From: a virus
Strand: one strand, 5' to 3'
UHGV virus genome: UHGV-0068847
Length of the DNA: 27,295 nt
Shown here: piece after piece, positions 26,945 to 27,295 of the stretch
Position numbering within the stretch: position 1 is the first letter of the stretch
Layout of the letters: the number at the start of each line of letters is the position of its first letter
Notes under the pieces: model-generated
What the model saw: the letters and a program-made list of their open reading frames with translations, nothing else
Databases searched by the model: none
Told to the model about the DNA's origin: nothing
Position numbers and translations under genes: made by a program

Positions 26945-27295
26945 GTGGCTGATTTCGATAACCTTTTTGATGCTGCAATAACACAGGCCGATGACACTAT
27001 TCGGCAGGTTATGGGGACTTCTGCAACGGTAACGTCCGGCGCGATTTCTGGCGTCACGTTGAGTGGTGTTTTCGATGATCCGGAAAATATCGGTTACGCC
27101 ACACCCGGCATCCGTGTCGAGGGGACCAGCCCGTCGTTGTTTGTGAAATCAGCAACGATTGGGCAGCTGGCGCGGCTGGACACGCTGGATATTAACGGAA
27201 AACCTTTCTGGGTTGATCGTATTGGTCCTGATGACTGTGGCTCCTGCCATATCTGGCTTGGTACGGGTTCTCCTCCCGCAGCGACCCGGCGCCGT
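26945..27295 (+). CDS. FII: Head-tail joining protein FII, partial (stop lies beyond the window)
   Basis: GTG start after GGGGG; translation ADFDNLFDAAI...PSLFV matches lambda FII; 117 codons reach the window edge with no stop. Confidence 0.75.
   Translation, partial: MADFDNLFDAAITQADDTIRQVMGTSATVTSGAISGVTLSGVFDDPENIGYATPGIRVEGTSPSLFVKSATIGQLARLDTLDINGKPFWVDRIGPDDCGSCHIWLGTGSPPAATRRR

Larger units (their letters stand above)
1..27295. mobile_element. Lambdoid prophage, left arm through head genes; partial, continues beyond both window ends
   Basis: Canonical lambdoid order int-xis-early left-cI-cro-replication-nin-Q-lysis-cos-Nu1-A-W-B-C-D-E-FI-FII read from ORF translations; head proteins align closely by eye to remembered lambda sequences. 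Confidence 0.9.

Overview
This window is the left ~27 kb of a lambdoid prophage from an enterobacterial host, a mosaic of a CPS-53/Qin-like early region and a lambda-like packaging and head module. Everything below comes from reading the six-frame translations and the raw sequence by eye; no database search or computation was run, and coordinates for non-ORF features are approximate (+/- a few nt). Gene order: int and xis (minus strand, window starts at the int stop codon); a translationally coupled leftward early operon (hypothetical, small DPPH methyltransferase, Ead/Ea22-like, DGQHR/DndB-like protein, small wHTH protein, 55-aa ORF, HD-domain YfdR-like, DUF2303 YfdQ-like, YfdP-like); OL repeats, cI terminator, CI-like repressor, OR repeats, Cro-like, CII-like; a replication initiator with 15-bp iterons inside its coding sequence; Dam-like and C5-cytosine methyltransferases, RusA, Rha/KilAC antirepressor-like, DUF968; Q-like antiterminator with a tR'-like terminator; a self-contained moron; pinholin, SAR endolysin, Rz/Rz1; a ~2.6 kb apparently AT-rich cargo segment; cos; then lambda-like Nu1, A, W, B, C/Nu3, D, E, FI and the start of FII. 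No tRNA, rRNA or CRISPR array was seen. The best candidates for an undescribed function are (1) the orphan DGQHR (DndB-like) protein with its coupled wHTH and small ORF, (2) the divergent GIY-YIG nuclease / membrane-anchored protein pair just upstream of cos, (3) the three-ORF cargo operon and mosaic scar after Rz, and (4) the moron between the Q-like gene and the holin. None of these can be assigned a function from sequence alone.
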